Of a stretch of DNA of 64,000 nt, positions 16,821-34,319 are shown one piece after another; position 1 is the first letter of the stretch, and every line of letters begins with the position of its first letter. Source of the stretch: the human T2T-CHM13v2.0 reference genome, Homo sapiens. Position numbers and translations under genes: made by a program. A model generated the notes under the pieces. It searched no databases, had not been told where the DNA came from, and worked only from the letters and a program-made list of their open reading frames with translations. The stretch is taken from assembly GCA_009914755.4 (NCBI GenBank), contig CP068257.2, forward strand, positions 35,712,001 through 35,776,000, given 5' to 3'.

Positions 16821-17289
16821 TACTTGTAATGTATCTAGTTGCTTGTTCTAGTATTTAACTCCAAATTAAAAAATAAATACAGATACTGCTATTTCTTGAG
16901 TCTATAACTTTAGATAGTTCTAATAATTTTCTCTGATAGTAGGTGATGTTTTTAACTCTTTTTACACCCCATGTCTTTTCACCACATGGTCTCAGAATTA
17001 TTCTATCAAATTTTGTGTTGAGATCCATATTCAATATTTTCATTATTATTACTAAATGATACAGGATCATGTACTGATTAACAAAAAAGCATATAATGAT
17101 TACAGTTCCTTTATTATGACACCTGCTATTTTTTTACTGAATTTAATCATTGCTTTGTTTCTTCAGTTGCTTTGCTTTTATAATCCATTGTTAAGTATTT
17201 CCTCACCTGAAGAAAACAGCTTGGTTAAACTTCACCCAAGGCCATTTTTTCCCCTAAAATCTCTTCCAGTTCCTTTTTTTTTTTTTCCT

Positions 17290-19800
17290 GAGAACACCTG
17301 GTGTGGAGCTCTCTAACCACCTGCTGTGGTCTGGAGTGCATGCTCACCAGGTTTGCTCCATAATTCCTAACTGGGACTTTCCTCCACCCCTGCCCTGGGA
17401 ATTCCCATTGCATTGCTCCTATGTTGGATCCCCTCTGGCTCTTGGGTTCCATGCTTCCTTGCTTCCCTATCTTACGGCTATCAGCGTTGTGTTGAGAAGT
17501 TGAATTCCATTTCAATTCCTGACTCTTTGCATGTCACCTACTTTTTCTCTCTAAAAATTCTTGGGATATTTTCTTCTATCTGATGTCCTGAAATTACACC
17601 ATGATGTTCTTTGATGTTGGTGTTTTCCATTCAGTGAACTGGACATTGCTTGGAATTTTTCATTTAGAGGGACATGTTCTTCAACTCTGGGAAAATTTAT
17701 GAAATTATTCAATAATTTTCTTCTTTCCATCTTCTCTGGTCTATCTTTCCAGGACTCTTGTCAGTCAGATATCGAGTTTCTATATTGAACTTCTGAGTGT
17801 GTTACTTTTTTTCTCACTATGATCATCTTCCTTTTGCTCTACATTCAGATAGATATATTAAATGTAATCCTTCAGTCCTTTTACTATTTTTAAATTTCTG
17901 CTATCATGTGTATTTATTTGTATTTATAGTCACCATATTTTCAGTTTTCAAGAGTTCCTTCTTTTTTTCTAATCCATTCTATTTTGAGCATTCTATTTTC
18001 ATTTTATGAATATAATATTTCTCTGGTTTTTCTTTTTTTTGTTTTTTATTGAAGTTTAATCTCTATATAATAAAATACACAAACTTTAGGGGTAAAACAT
18101 AATGAATTTATATATAAACATATATTAGATCTATTACATATTATTATGTTTATATATTTGTTAAATATTTTATATATCATATATTTATATAGTTTACATA
18201 TTTATTTGTAATGAATTTTAAATTTTATATCACTAAACATTATTTTATTATATATAATAAGTTATATATTACAAGAAACTAAATCATATATGATGTGACA
18301 TATTTGTATATATGATTTATATTCTTATGTATGATTTATGTTTATATTATTTATAAGTTATATGTATTTATAATATAACATACGTAATTTAAATACACCT
18401 GCATAACCACCAGTCAGATCAAAATAGAAAACTTTTCCAGCATATCAGTAGACTGCCTTGTGCTGCCTTCCTGATCAATTCCCTTCACAAAATAACCACC
18501 ATTGCCACTTCTATTGTATTATTCAATTTTTCCTATTAGCTTTTATATTAGATATTCTTACATATTTTTTCAGTAAGAGAGATCACAGTGTGACCTAATA
18601 ACTTATATAGTCTACTTTGAATTGGTCCTTTTACCACTTACAAACAATGCAAGAATCTAACAACGGCTTAACTCTTTCACTCCTTCCTTAGCTTTGTGAT
18701 ACTGTTGTCACGTATTATACTCCTGCATGTGTTACAGAACACATAGGACAGTGTTATTATTGCTAATTTATATGGAAATAGTCCTTTATATTTTCCCACA
18801 TTACTCTTTTTGGTGCTGTCTGGTGCTTCTTTTAGTAACATATTTCTTTCAGTGATCATTTTACTTCAATTTCCAGAAGTTCCTGTGGTATTTCATTGAG
18901 TACACATTGGATGGCAACAAATTCTCCCAGTTTTTGTTTGTCTGAAAATGATTTAATTTTGCCTTCATTTTTGAAGGATATTTTCACTAGGTATGGAATT
19001 CTATGTTGTCAGTTTCGTTTTCTTTTAGCACTCTAAAGATGCTCTTCCATGATTTTATGGCTTCCATAGTTTTGTTGAAAAATCAGCTGTCAGTCTAATT
19101 GTAGCTTCTTACAGATGTGTTTTTTTACTCTAACAGCTTTTAAGATTTTCTGTCTGTCTTCAGTTTTCAGTAGTCTGGATATAACATTGGTGATTTTTTT
19201 TTAATTTTGCCTAGATTTTGCAAAACCTCTTGAATCTGTAGTTTAACATTCTTCCTTCTCAGACATCATCTCTTCAAATATTGCTTCTGCCCCGTTTTCT
19301 TTCTCCTTTCCATACAGGACTCCAATTTTACATTTGTGAGACCTTTTGCTGTGACTCATAAGTCTCTTATAGCAAGTTTTCTTACTTTTTTCTGAGTGTC
19401 AGTTTGAATAATTTTCTATTAACCTTTCCTCACATTTGCCATTTCTGTCTTTAGCTATGTCTAGTCTTCTGTTAAATTCTTCCCATAAATTCCTAATTTT
19501 CATCATTGTATTTTTCAGTCTATGTTTCTTTTATAGATTTAGATCTATAGGTTGAAGTTTTTATTTAAATTCTCCATTTTTTCATCCATTTTGTCCACCT
19601 TTTCCTCCACTTACTTTTACACAGTATTTAGTTATTTTAAAGTTCTAGTCTGCTTATTCCAATATCTGGATTGTCTGTTGGTCTGCTTCTATTGTCTGTT
19701 TATATTTTTATTTATTATTGGCTATATGGTCTTGTCTCATTGAAAAGTTAACTGTTTTTTAATTATATATTAGGCATTGTACATAAAAGAAGTGTAGAGC
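17290..19800 (-). mobile_element. Old L1 (L1M-type) fragments, antisense, with an internal AT-rich low-complexity block
   Basis: rc-L1 5'-half hallmarks, e.g. GTCTGAAAATGATTTAATTTTGCCTTCATTTTTGAAGGATATTTTCACTAGGTATGGAATTCTATGTTGTCAGTTT...CAGCACTCTAAAGATGCTCTTCCATGATTTTATGGCTTCCATAGTTTTGTTG...; the block at 18040-18400 is TA-rich low complexity. Confidence 0.5.
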
Positions 19801-19926
19801 CTCCAGATGATATTATTTTCCAACAGAGAGGGCTTCATTTTTTCCTATGTGAAGTACACAGGGTGAAGCACTAATCACTTCAATCTAGTTAGAAATTAAA
19901 GTGGATCAGGGCTAGGCTGCAGTTTT

Positions 19927-20174
19927 TGTTTGTTTGTTTGTTTGTGTTTTTTGAGACAGAGTCTCACTCTGTTGCCCAGGGTGGAGTGCAGTGGCACAAT
20001 CTTGACTCACTGCAAGCTCCACCTCCCAGGTTTGTGCCATTCACGTGCCTCAGCCTCCTGAGTAGCTGGGACTACAGGTGCCTGCCACCACGCCCAGCTA
20101 ATTTTTTGTATTTTTAGTAGAGCCTTGGCCTCCCAGAGTGCTGGGATTGCAGGCGTGAGCCAGCATGCCCGGTC
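19927..20174 (-). mobile_element. Alu SINE with an internal deletion of about 60 bp and a perfect 15-bp TSD
   Basis: (TTTG)n tail...GAGACAGAGTCTCACTCTGTTGCCCAGGGTGGAGTGCAGTGGC...TTTTAGTAGAG|CCTTGGCCTCCCAGAGTGCTGGGATTGCAGGCGTGAGCCAGCATGCCCGGTCC; TSD CTAGGCTGCAGTTTT at 19912-19926 and 20175-20189. Confidence 0.9.
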
Positions 20175-21579
20175 CTAGGCTGCAGTTTTAAGAAGATTCA
20201 ATTCACCTCTGATTCATCTCTGTATCTTGGGTAATCTTCAGCCTGACTTATAGGATTTCATTGGTCTCTCTCAAATGAAAGCATTAAATTAAATTTTTGT
20301 TTTGTGTGTTGGGGACTTGGAGTTGGCACTCAATCAATGTCCTTTCTTCCATACCAAATTATATAGTTTGAAGAGAAATTATGGAGGCCAAAATATTATA
20401 CTTATTAGTGTTAGAAGCCCTGTTGGAGAACAAGGCTTTAAGCTTGCTGAACAAGTTAGCTTGTCTGTATTAAATCTCAAATTAGGCAAACTTTCTTACC
20501 TAGAACCAGATAATGCTAGATGGGATCAAGTCTCCTTATACCGGAGTACTGTGTAGGCATGAGGGCACAGCAGAGAATGTTTGGTTCTACAAGCAACTTC
20601 CTCCCAAGAAGAAGTAGAGCAGAGTTGAGTTGAGCATGCTCAGTTATCTTAAATTTATCAATCAAATTAATGATTCCACCTCCCTTGTATTATGGGGAAA
20701 TTTTTCACTGTAGAAAATAGGAGTGGGAAAAGGTATTCCTCCTCTAACATGCACTGGACTGTGTTCTTGATAGGGCCACAACGCTGAGGCAGAATCACCA
20801 ACCTCATTTGAGTAAATAGTCCCCTTCATGCATTCATTCCCTAGTTAAGAATTAAAGAATGCCTAAAAATTAGTCATCCAAAGGTTTTCTTATTGCCAGT
20901 TCTCCCCACATTCTCTTACACCAAGGGCTGATAAACTGTGACCCATAAGCCACATCTAGCCTGCTCCCTCTTTCTGTAAATAAAGTTGTATTTGGAATGC
21001 AGTCACATCTGCTTGTTTACATACTGTTTATGACTGTTTTTCACACTTCAATGGCAGAGTTGAGTACTTATGACAGGGATTGTATGGCCCTCAAAGCCTA
21101 AAATATTTACTGTCTAGTACTTTACAGATGAAGTTTATCAACCCTTATATTAGACCATGGCTGGTTTTGTACCAACCTTTTTCTCTCTCTTTCTGAGGCT
21201 TATTTAAAGAAAGAAGGAATAACTGGATAAAAGGCCAGATACCCTCCTCTCTATCTCTAACACACCTAACATTTGAGGATCTCTGAATATTTCTCATAGT
21301 TGTTTCTTTCTGCCTTTTAAACAATAAAGGTTCCAGTCAGAAAAACCAAGGCATGGTATGGATCCGGGAGTTAGAAGGAAACAAGGCTTCCATGATTGAT
21401 ATCAGCTCTGGTTTCCTGCAAAGGACAAAGTCAAGCAAGGTTACCTATCAGTTCTCCATAGCAGGTAGTGGCCAACGGGTCTCAGACAATGCAACCTTGA
21501 GTTCATTGTTTCTCAGGCTTGGCAGTCTCACTTTGGACAAGCGGGATAAGTGCTTATACACACTTTAAGAATATCTCTA

Positions 21580-21883
21580 GCCAGGTGCGGTGGCTCACGC
21601 CTGTAATTCCAGCACTTTGGGAGGCCAAGGAGGGCGGATCACGAGGTCAGGAGATCAAGACCATCCTGGCTAACACGGTGAAACTCCATCTCTACTAAAA
21701 ATACAAAAAAAAATTAGCCAGGCGTGGTGGCGGGCGCCTGTAGTCCCAGCAACTCAGGAGGCTGAGGCAGGAGAATGGCATGGACCCGGGAGGTGGAGCT
21801 TGTGGTGAGCCAAGATCGCACCACTGCACTCCAGCCTGGGCAACAGAGCAAGACTCCGTCTCCCCAAAAAAAGAAAAAAAAAT
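21580..21883 (+). mobile_element. Alu SINE (AluY-like)
   Basis: GCCAGGTGCGGTGGCTCACGCCTGTAATTCCAGCACTTTGGGAGGCCAAGGAGGGCGGATCACGAGGTCAGGAGATCAAGACCATCC. Confidence 0.9.
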
Positions 21884-22748
21884 TGGTTGATTGAAGTGTT
21901 CTTTTAATTCTAGGGCAGTTTTCTTTAGTTATATCTTTAAATAACTTTTCCTATACTCTCCTCCTCTTATTTCTAGTGAGATGAAGGCTATGTGTATTGA
22001 ATCTTCTTTGTCTTCCATATTTAAAACATATTCTCTCTAATCTTTTAAAATATTTATTCTCATTTATTTATTTTTGCTTTTCTCCTCCAGATCCTCCATA
22101 TGCTTTATTACGTTTTTCAGTGTTTATTCTCCTTTGTGTTACTTCCTATTTGACCTTTATTTCTAGGATTATTTTCTCAGTTTCTCTCCTGGGCTTTCAT
22201 TTCTTTGGTTGCCTGGGCATCTTTCCTGAGCACTTGATCTCTATGTGTGCTTTTTTACTGTGGAGAAAATAGTTTTGTTGGGCTTTTGTAATTCAGTTTT
22301 ATCTATTTGGAATCAATTTTCATCTACTATATCACAATTTCCATCTGTTCCATGACAATATTTTTCTATTTAATGTCCATTATTTGTCATTTTTCTATCA
22401 TTTATTTCTGCCAATATAATTATATAGATTATTTTAATTCATTTTTACAATTATGAGTTTTGCTTAAATAAACTAAATATACTAGGGATAAGCTCATTTC
22501 AGGAAGTTCAGATGGAGGAGAGGTGAGGATTATGTTCCTCACCTATTAGACAATATGTGATGTGCCCTAGTGAGCTTTTTCAGCCTGTATTTCTCCCAGT
22601 TATCAAAGCTCAGCCCTGCATTGTTGTTCATAATACAGAGTTGCTCTGTCCACCACTCCTCTACAAGATGTCTCCTATAAATATGACTTTTCTGTGTGAG
22701 GCTTTATTTGGTAACATATTCCTTGTTCATCAAGAATCTATGCTTACA

Positions 22749-23376
<628 letters not shown>

Positions 23377-23671
23377 TTAAACTACTTAAATCCCAAAAAG
23401 GTGATGCTGAAAAGCTAATAGAGAAAATACACATGATGAAATTTATACATGTGCTTGATTTACCCAAGAGAAACCACTGAAGAAAAAAGAGACAAAGTAC
23501 AGATTGCATTGCACAGGTAGAAAACAAACGCCAAGACAGAGGTGTAAACTCAGTTATATCAGACATGTAATTAACCCTTCTCCTTTAGGAAAAAAAAAAG
23601 TGCATCTTGCTGCCAGTGTTCATATTTTACATAAACACTCTCTTTGAGGCTGAAGCAAATCTGACTGATTT

Positions 23672-23790
23672 TTTTTCTTTTTGAGACAGAGTCTCGCTCT
23701 GTTGCCCAGGCTGGAGTGTAGTGTTGCGATCTCAGTTCACGGAAACCTTGACCTCTCGGGCTCAAGCGATTCTCCTGCCTCAATCTCCTG
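23672..23790 (-). mobile_element. Truncated Alu fragment (right-arm portion) with short TSD
   Basis: T-run, GAGACAGAGTCTCGCTCTGTTGCCCAGGCTGGAGTGTAGTGTTGCGATCTCAG...CTCAAGCGATTCTCCTGCCTCAATCTCCTGC; flanks CTGACTGATTTT and CTGATTGATTTT. Confidence 0.75.
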
Positions 23791-23799
23791 CTGATTGAT

Positions 23800-24945
<1,146 letters not shown>

Positions 24946-24952
24946 ACAGTTA

Positions 24953-25219
<267 letters not shown>

Positions 25220-26206
25220 TTAAATACAACATATCAAAATGTGTAGGACAGAGCCAGAACAGTGCTTAGATGGAATTTACTGCCTTAATGAATAAACTGG
25301 AAGAAAAGTTCAAAGCTATATATATTTCCATCTGAAAATGCTAGAAAAATGAGACCAAATTTAACCCAAAGAGAAAGAACCTTTATACAAACTCCTTCCT
25401 CCTCCCCACTCTCTATCAGGCATTCCAGATCTATCACAAGCTGGGAGGGTAAGTGACAAAAACTTCAGGCCGTTGATCTGGGATTCCCCCAGATGGGGTT
25501 CAGGGGCCTCTTCCTTCTTACTCCAGAATTTATCACGTTATAGTTTCTTTGACCCATTTGGTCTTCCCTACTGGTCTTGGACGTTTTCAGGACTGGGGTC
25601 CAATCTCAACCATCTTTGCATCCCCAGCACCGATCAGAGTAACTGACACAGTGCAGACACTCAACGAGTGCATGTGGTATAAATGAATAGCTATGCACTT
25701 CACTGCAGGTAACCTGTGACTCAACTGTAGAAAGATTTTACAGGTTATGGGGTTTGAGAGAATGGTGACTGCATCCACGAAGGCACCGTCTAAGACAGCC
25801 GGTTTTGGGAAAAGGTGATCTCTGGTGTGACAAGTTGAGACCTCTGGGCTTTTTGTTCCATTTGTTTTGGTTCTCACTGTCTTGACCTCCTTCTTGGAAA
25901 ACCCTTTAACATGCAAAATTGCGAGTGGCACATGATACTTGCTTTTCTCTCTCCAAGGCAAATAATGTCAGTCCCTTTGGTGATCCAGGGATCAGAAACT
26001 AGACTACGCTCTGATAAGGACATCACCCGTATGATGGAAGGATTAACTCCTGGCCATTCTATTTTAATTTTACTGGCTTAAAAATACTGCAAAAATGGTG
26101 AAGCTGTTGTTCCTTCTATACTTATGTCCCTTTAAAGGGGATGTGTCTTTCTCTTGCTGTTGGAGCTGGTAACTATTAGGGACCTCTGATTAATAGCCCA
26201 GACAAG

Positions 26207-26510
26207 CCAGGTGTGGTGGGGCACGCCTGTAATCCCAGCACTTTGGGAGATAGAAGCAGATGGATCATTTGAAGCCTGGAATTCAAGACCAGCCTGGCCA
26301 ATGCGGTGAAACCCCATCTCTACAAAAAATACAAAATTTAACTGGATGTGGTGATGAGCACCTGTGGTCCCAGCTACTTGGCAGGGTGAGATGGGAGGAT
26401 AGATTGAGCCCAGGAGGTTAAGGCTGCAGTAAGCCATGATCGTGCCACTGCATTCCAGCCGGGGGGGACAAAGCTAAATCCTGTCTCAAATAATAATAAT
26501 AATTTTAAAA
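26207..26510 (+). mobile_element. Alu SINE
   Basis: GCCAGGTGTGGTGGGGCACGCCTGTAATCCCAGCACTTTGGGAGATAGAAGCAG...(AAT)n tail. Confidence 0.9.
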
Positions 26511-27516
26511 AGCCCAAAGTGAAACATACAGCAAATGTCCTTTGTAATACGGAGTAGAAATCAAGCCATAGGAAGCAGCTGAGAGAAGGTTTAATGAGAT
26601 GGAAGGATGCGAGAGTGCTTTTCAAGTACTTAGGCAAGTAAAGAAGAAAACAAATATTTATTGAGTGCCCACTGGGCTCCTGGTACTCTGAGGCTATTTG
26701 CTACACATATTAATTTCTGAAATGAGAAGTAGGAAGAAGCCTATTTTGTGATATTCTAAAAATTAAGGTCTCAGGTCATTAGGTAAAAATTACAGGGACA
26801 CGGGGTCTATTTTTTCTCCTGATTACCAGTAGTTGATTATACAAAATTTGAAAAACAAGCACAAAGAAGACAAATTATCACCTGTGATTGTACCCTCCAG
26901 AGATAAATGTTACAAAAATTTTTTATTATATACATTGTTTATTATAAAGTTGAAGTCATGCAAAGTATACTAACTGCTGTAATCATTTTTCTCATGTTGT
27001 GAAATATTCTTCATTTTGTGTTCTATTTCCACAAGTCGATGAGCTATATTTTAAAATTGAGGCTCCACCGCTGGACACTTAGGTTGTTTCCAAGGTTTCA
27101 CTTAGTGATGTTATCAACAGGAGTCATACGAGGGTGGGGGCTGGTCTGGGGAAACATACTGGATGAGCAAGTGAGAGAAGAAAACGTGTTTAGCCTGGGA
27201 AAGTCACAGCTTGCTTCAAATGTTTGAAGGTTGTCATTTGAAAGAACAGTGAGACTTGGTCTATGTGGTCTCAAATGGGAAGATTTAGAAACTGGGTGGA
27301 AAGCCTGGGAAGAAGATCCATTCACAGAATGCAAAGGCAAATTTCCTGTAGTTGAGGGTGACCAAAGAAGGTCTGGGCAGCTTTAGGAGGTAGTGAGTTA
27401 CCGGTTGGTGAAGACATTCAAATATAGGCAAAGAAAAATAATAACTTACAGGAATATAATGGGTTAAATGTGTTTACAGCAGAATGACCTGAGTGTTTTG
27501 AGAACACGGAAGATGT

Positions 27517-27824
<308 letters not shown>

Positions 27825-29514
27825 TGAAAGGGGAAAGGGTCTTGGGAAAGGCTTCAAAAGTTAAAATTTGAATCGAATCAAATCCTCTTATTCTTTACAT
27901 CGGGGCCCAATATTTACACAATGATTTATAGTTCACAAAGGATTAAAGACTTCCCTTAAAGGATGAGGAAACAAATTCAGAGAGGGTAAGTACACTACCC
28001 CAGTTCCTGCGGCAAGGAGGTAGTTGAGAATCCCCCATGTTCTCTGTCCCAACAGAGAACTCTTGTTTCCAGTTGCTATTATTATTATTATCAAGCTCAC
28101 CAATCCCTTCTAAAACATCCAGACTTGCAAGACATTGTCTGTGCCCTGCTTCATTACAATAAAATGAAAATGTCTCCAATGACTAATGTGAACAAAATGT
28201 CAGTGTTGTCAGGTAAGTTTTCCTGCATGGAAATTCCATTCCCTTTCTTTCCCACAGCAGCCACTGGATGATTAGAGTTTATGATAGGTAACGATTGGGC
28301 TCCCCTCAACTCCAGCATCTATGTGTGAGTCTATGATGTCTCTGCTTGCCTTCTGCTCAGGGCGGGCCTCCTTCCCTGGTGGTCTGAGACCCGTGAATGA
28401 AGGTACTTCCCACATTAGCCCTATGTCTCACAGATGCCTTCCATTCTGTCAACTCAGGACCCTGGAAAGCTGGGCTTCCATCCTCCACTCTACCTGTGCA
28501 GCTGCAAAGTTCGTAGTCCACGAATGTGTTCCTGTTTCCAGCATCTACCCTGAACCCTGGGCTCCACCCCAGTTCTTCTGGGCTAGACAAGCTAGAAGGA
28601 AATGTGGAGGTCCCCTTTTGGCTACAGGAGTGGGCTGTCACCACCCTCAGGAAACCAGCTCCCTTCTGCCCCTGCTGAGGTGTCCCTTCCCACCCAGCCT
28701 TTCTAGCAAAAGCAAATCAGAAGGTCTCTGTGCCATGACCCACCCCATCCAAAAGGCACCCTCATCCAGCACTCCACTAACGCCACCACAGCCATCTGTG
28801 GGGCTGACAGCCCTCCCACCGAACAGCCCTCCCTATCTTCAGGAAGCCAGCGTCCAAGCTGGGAGCGAGAGGAAGGCCGGATGCAGATGGTCCCTCTTTC
28901 AACTCCAGAGTGAAGTGTAGTTCTCTTGCTTTTAACCATTTCCTGGATTTAATTGCTTGCCTACTCCATCCTGCCCATGCTGTTTTGCAATTCTCTGGTG
29001 ACTCTGTTCTTGCAAAAACATTCATTTGGTGATCAGTAGATACCAGGCACTGGGCGAAGCACTGAGAATAAAAATTCCCAGGGAGCTAGGTTTGTACCCC
29101 TGGAGGGTTCCCTTTTCTCCTAGTGCATGGAAGAAGAAACCTACCGTGAAAATACAGTGATAAGTGACTTGACAAGGGAATGAGGCTTTCCTGGAGACAG
29201 CAGAGGAGATGAGAAAGAATGGGTTGTGTTCTGGGAGTGTAAAGTGGTGGACCCTGAGCAGAGAAGGCCTGAGAGGTCAGATCATGAAGGGATTTGGCAC
29301 CAAACTAACATGTAAGAATGTTATCCCCAAAACAAAAGCTTAAAGTCCTCTAAGCTTTTCAGTGGGCAATGATGTGATACCCAACTGTAGAGTCCCATGA
29401 AGCCTTGAGGAACCGGGTGAAGGACAAAGGAGTCCGGGAGGCTGGTGGGAGGCTTGGACTGTTTATTTGACTCTTTTCTGTTCTGTTTGGATGTTTCAAC
29501 CATGTACTTGATTA

Positions 29515-29835
<321 letters not shown>

Positions 29836-29850
29836 AAAACAAATGGTCAT

Positions 29851-30228
29851 GGCTAGGTGTGGTGCTTCATGCCTGTAATCTCAACACTTTGGGAGGCTGA
29901 GGTGGGAGGATAGCTTGAGCCTAGGAGTTTGAGACCAGCCTGGGCAACATGGGGAGACCCCCATCTCTACAAAAAAAAATAAAAAAATTAGCTGGACATG
30001 GTGAGGCATACCTGTAGTCCTAGGTACTCACGAGACTGAGGTGAAAGGATTGCTTGAGCCTAGGATGTCGAGGCTGCAGTGAGGCATGCTTGTGCTACTG
30101 TACTCTGGCCTGGGTGACAGAGTAAGATCCTGTCTCAAAAAAAAAAAAAAAAAAAAAACCAAAAACCAACCAACCAAACAAAAAACTCCAATCCTAACCA
30201 AACCAAACTAAATCAAACAGTATTTATA
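29851..30228 (+). mobile_element. Alu SINE (older, AluJ-like) with long A/CA-rich tail
   Basis: GGCTAGGTGTGGTGCTTCATGCCTGTAATCTCAACACTTTGGGAGGCTGAGGTGGGAGGATAGCTTGAGCC...A22(CCAAA)n. Confidence 0.85.
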
Positions 30229-30665
30229 ATATTCCAGATACGGTGCTTGTGACACAAAGATGAAAATACAGGATGCTTGCCCTAAAAGCACTTCTAGTTT
30301 AGAAACAGACATGGAAATACAATATAACAAAATAGTACTAATGCTATAACAACTATAAACATATTTTGCATTGAATTGAAGCAAAAATAGGAAAAATGTT
30401 GAAAATGATAGCAGTAAGTGTGCAGATCAATAAATACTGTAGAAATATTAAAAGATGTTCACTACATACTTAGATTAAAAAGCCAGGAAAATAAGCCAAA
30501 ACTCTCAGGAACTATTGAGCTAATGAGCCAATGCAGAAAGTTATCTTTGTAGAACTCTGTGCCTCCTGCCTAATTTTAAATTCCATTACTTAATTGTTTT
30601 TCACAGTTTCATTAGGGCATTTTCCTCAACCTGTTAATTTTGAGGAAGCTAATATATACGTATGA

Positions 30666-31014
<349 letters not shown>

Positions 31015-31187
31015 GCAAAATATGATTTCAAGATATTCTGAAACTGTGGAATACACACTTTAATAATTACATATTTACTATTTAAGCTTTATCTTAATGT
31101 CACAAGAAAAGAAAATGTTAATGGCAATTCATAAAATAATATTGGTAAACATGCTTACATGATAAGGAAGGCAATGAATATTGTCCT

Positions 31188-31208
31188 CTCTCTCTCTCTC
31201 TCTCTTTT
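31188..31208. repeat. (TC)n dinucleotide microsatellite
   Basis: CCTCTCTCTCTCTCTCTCTCTCTTTTTT. Confidence 0.9.
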
Positions 31209-31312
31209 TTAATGGCACCATGAGAACCACATCTTGACATAAACAACTTTGTAACCTTAAGATTCTGGGAGAGAGTCCTTGGTTGCAGGTGTCTGGTTAA
31301 GAGGAGGAAGGA

Positions 31313-31612
<300 letters not shown>

Positions 31613-31805
31613 GGGGAAGGACAGTGAGAGCAAGAAAGGCGTCGGGCTAGCCCTACTTGGGAGATGGCTAGGAGAATGAAGATGGCCACAGACACATTGA
31701 CTGGGGTGACATTCATGTATCAATCTAACAGCATCCCATGGCCTTCCATTTTTCTTTTTTTTTCTTCCTGTTTCTTTTTACAGTAAAATCTCAAAAAAGA
31801 AATCA

Positions 31806-32237
<432 letters not shown>

Positions 32238-32884
32238 TCACAAAATGTCCAAATAAATGCAAATAAAAATAAGAGGGTGTGGCAGGGTGTAGGAAAAAGC
32301 CATTGTCACACATTACTTTTAGGGAGTGCATATTGGTGGAATCACTTCTGAGGAATATTTTGGTAACATGAATCAAAAGCTTTTTAAGGACGCATACTTT
32401 TATCTGAAGGAGATAATTGGACAGGTGTGTAAAATGGATGTAGGACATGTTTATACAACTTTATCTGTAGTAACAACAACAACAAAAAGGAAAAACTTCC
32501 TTAAAAAATAGAGGAGCAGGTAAACAAATTATGGCCTATTCAACTGATGGAATACTAGTAGCTGTTAAAATGATTATCTAAATTTCAGTTGATTAACACT
32601 AAAATGTGCTCATAGTATAATTGTAAGTAAAAACGGCATGAAACATATCTGCAGTGTTGTATGTGGGTGAATGTACTCATGTCTCCCTAAGAAAATCTGG
32701 AAGGACATATGCTAATATGAAAATACCAATAAGGTTTTTTTTTTTTTTTTCCTGGGTGATATCTACGAGTAATCATTCCCTCTTCATTGTTTTCCATATT
32801 GTAAAATCGTCTGTAATGACCATGCATGACTGTTACATTTTGTTTTTGGACCTTAGGTACAAAGAATTAAGAATTAACTCCTCG

Positions 32885-33194
32885 GCCAGGCGTGGTGGCT
32901 CACACCTGTTACCCCAGCACTTTGGGAGGCTGAGGAGGCAGGATGGCTTGAGTCTAGGAATTTGAAACCAGCCTGGTTGACACAGAAAAACCTCATCTCT
33001 ACAAAAAATACAAAAAGTTACCCAGGCGTGGTGGCATGCGCTTGTAGTCTCGGCTACCCAGGAGACTGAGGTGGGGAGGATTGCTTGAGCCTGGGAGGTG
33101 GAAGCTGCTGTGAACTGTAATCTTGCCACTGCACTCCAGCCTGGGCAACGGAGTGAGACCCTATCTCAAAAAAAAAAAAAAGGAAAAAAAAAAG
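32885..33194 (+). mobile_element. Alu SINE
   Basis: GGCCAGGCGTGGTGGCTCACACCTGTTACCCCAGCACTTTGGGAGGCTGAGGAGGCAGG... Confidence 0.9.
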
Positions 33195-33323
33195 AATTAA
33201 CTTCTTATTTCATAGCATACTACCATTGTCAGTTTATAGAAGGCCTTTTTCTTGTTTTAATTAATTTTGTTTCTTTGTAATCTGTTTTAGATAACGAATT
33301 ACCTTAAAAATAAGAATAAACAA

Positions 33324-33703
<380 letters not shown>

Positions 33704-33944
33704 TCAGATGCCACGCCATGCCACTGTCTAGGGACCAAATGCAAATTGTTCACCTTCTCGCTTGGCGTGAGGAGCATTGATAGGAATACTGGTTTGCTTG
33801 TTTGTCCTTGGAATATTTATTTGGGTTATAACTCTCAGCGAGATTCCAACTACTGGACTTTCAGGCTTAGAATAGTGCCTCACCAGGAGTGGTCACTAAC
33901 GGATATGAAGCCAACCAAAAGAAACCACCATCTTGGCACGCATC

Positions 33945-34300
33945 TGTGTGTTAGTTTCCCTTAGTGCCACTACAAAGTACAAACAACTAGGTGGCTTAAA
34001 CAACAGAAATGTACTGTCTTGAATTTCTGGAGGCCAGAAGTCCAAAATCAAGATGTTGGCAGGGTTGGTTCCCTCTGATGGCCGTAAGACAAAATCTGTT
34101 CCATGCTTCTTTGTCAGCTTCTGGTAGCCTCAGGTGTGCCTTGGTTTGTAGATGGCCACCTTCTCCTGGTGTCTGTACGTTCTTCCCTGTGTTCGTTTGT
34201 CTTGGTCCAAATTTCTCCTTTTTATAAGGGCAGCAGTCATTTTGGATTAGGGTTCAATCTAGAGACCCAACTCGATTACCTCTGTGAAGACTCTAACTCC
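33945..34300 (+). mobile_element. MaLR LTR (MLT1-like)
   Basis: CTACAAAGTACAAACAACTAGGTGGCTTAAACAACAGAAATGTACTGTCTTGAATTTCTGGAGGCCAGAAGTCCAAAATCAAGATGTTGGCAGGGTTGGTTCCCTCTGATGGC...TTATAAGGGCAGCAGTCATTTTGGATTAGGGTTCAATCTAGAGACCCAACTCGATTACCTCTGTGAAGACTCTAACTCCATATAATC (matches the consensus phrasing TTGTGCTGCTATAACAAAATACC.../TTCTGGAGGCTGGGAAGTCCAAGATCAAGGTG...). Confidence 0.55.
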
Positions 34301-34319
34301 ATATAATCTTGAATCATCT

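Noticed and set aside
25400-26200. Unique-looking 800-bp block between an Alu and the next Alu that resembles an LTR
   Set aside because: I could not match it confidently to a repeat family or see gene structure. It is left unannotated rather than guessed.
28321-28920. 199-aa ATG-initiated ORF in a non-repetitive, moderately GC-rich stretch
   Set aside because: The sequence is Pro/Ser/Leu-rich with no recognisable domain, has an overlapping antisense ORF of similar size, and lacks acceptor/donor context at its ends. The region looks like old diverged repeat or LTR-like sequence. It is not supportable as coding without expression or conservation data.
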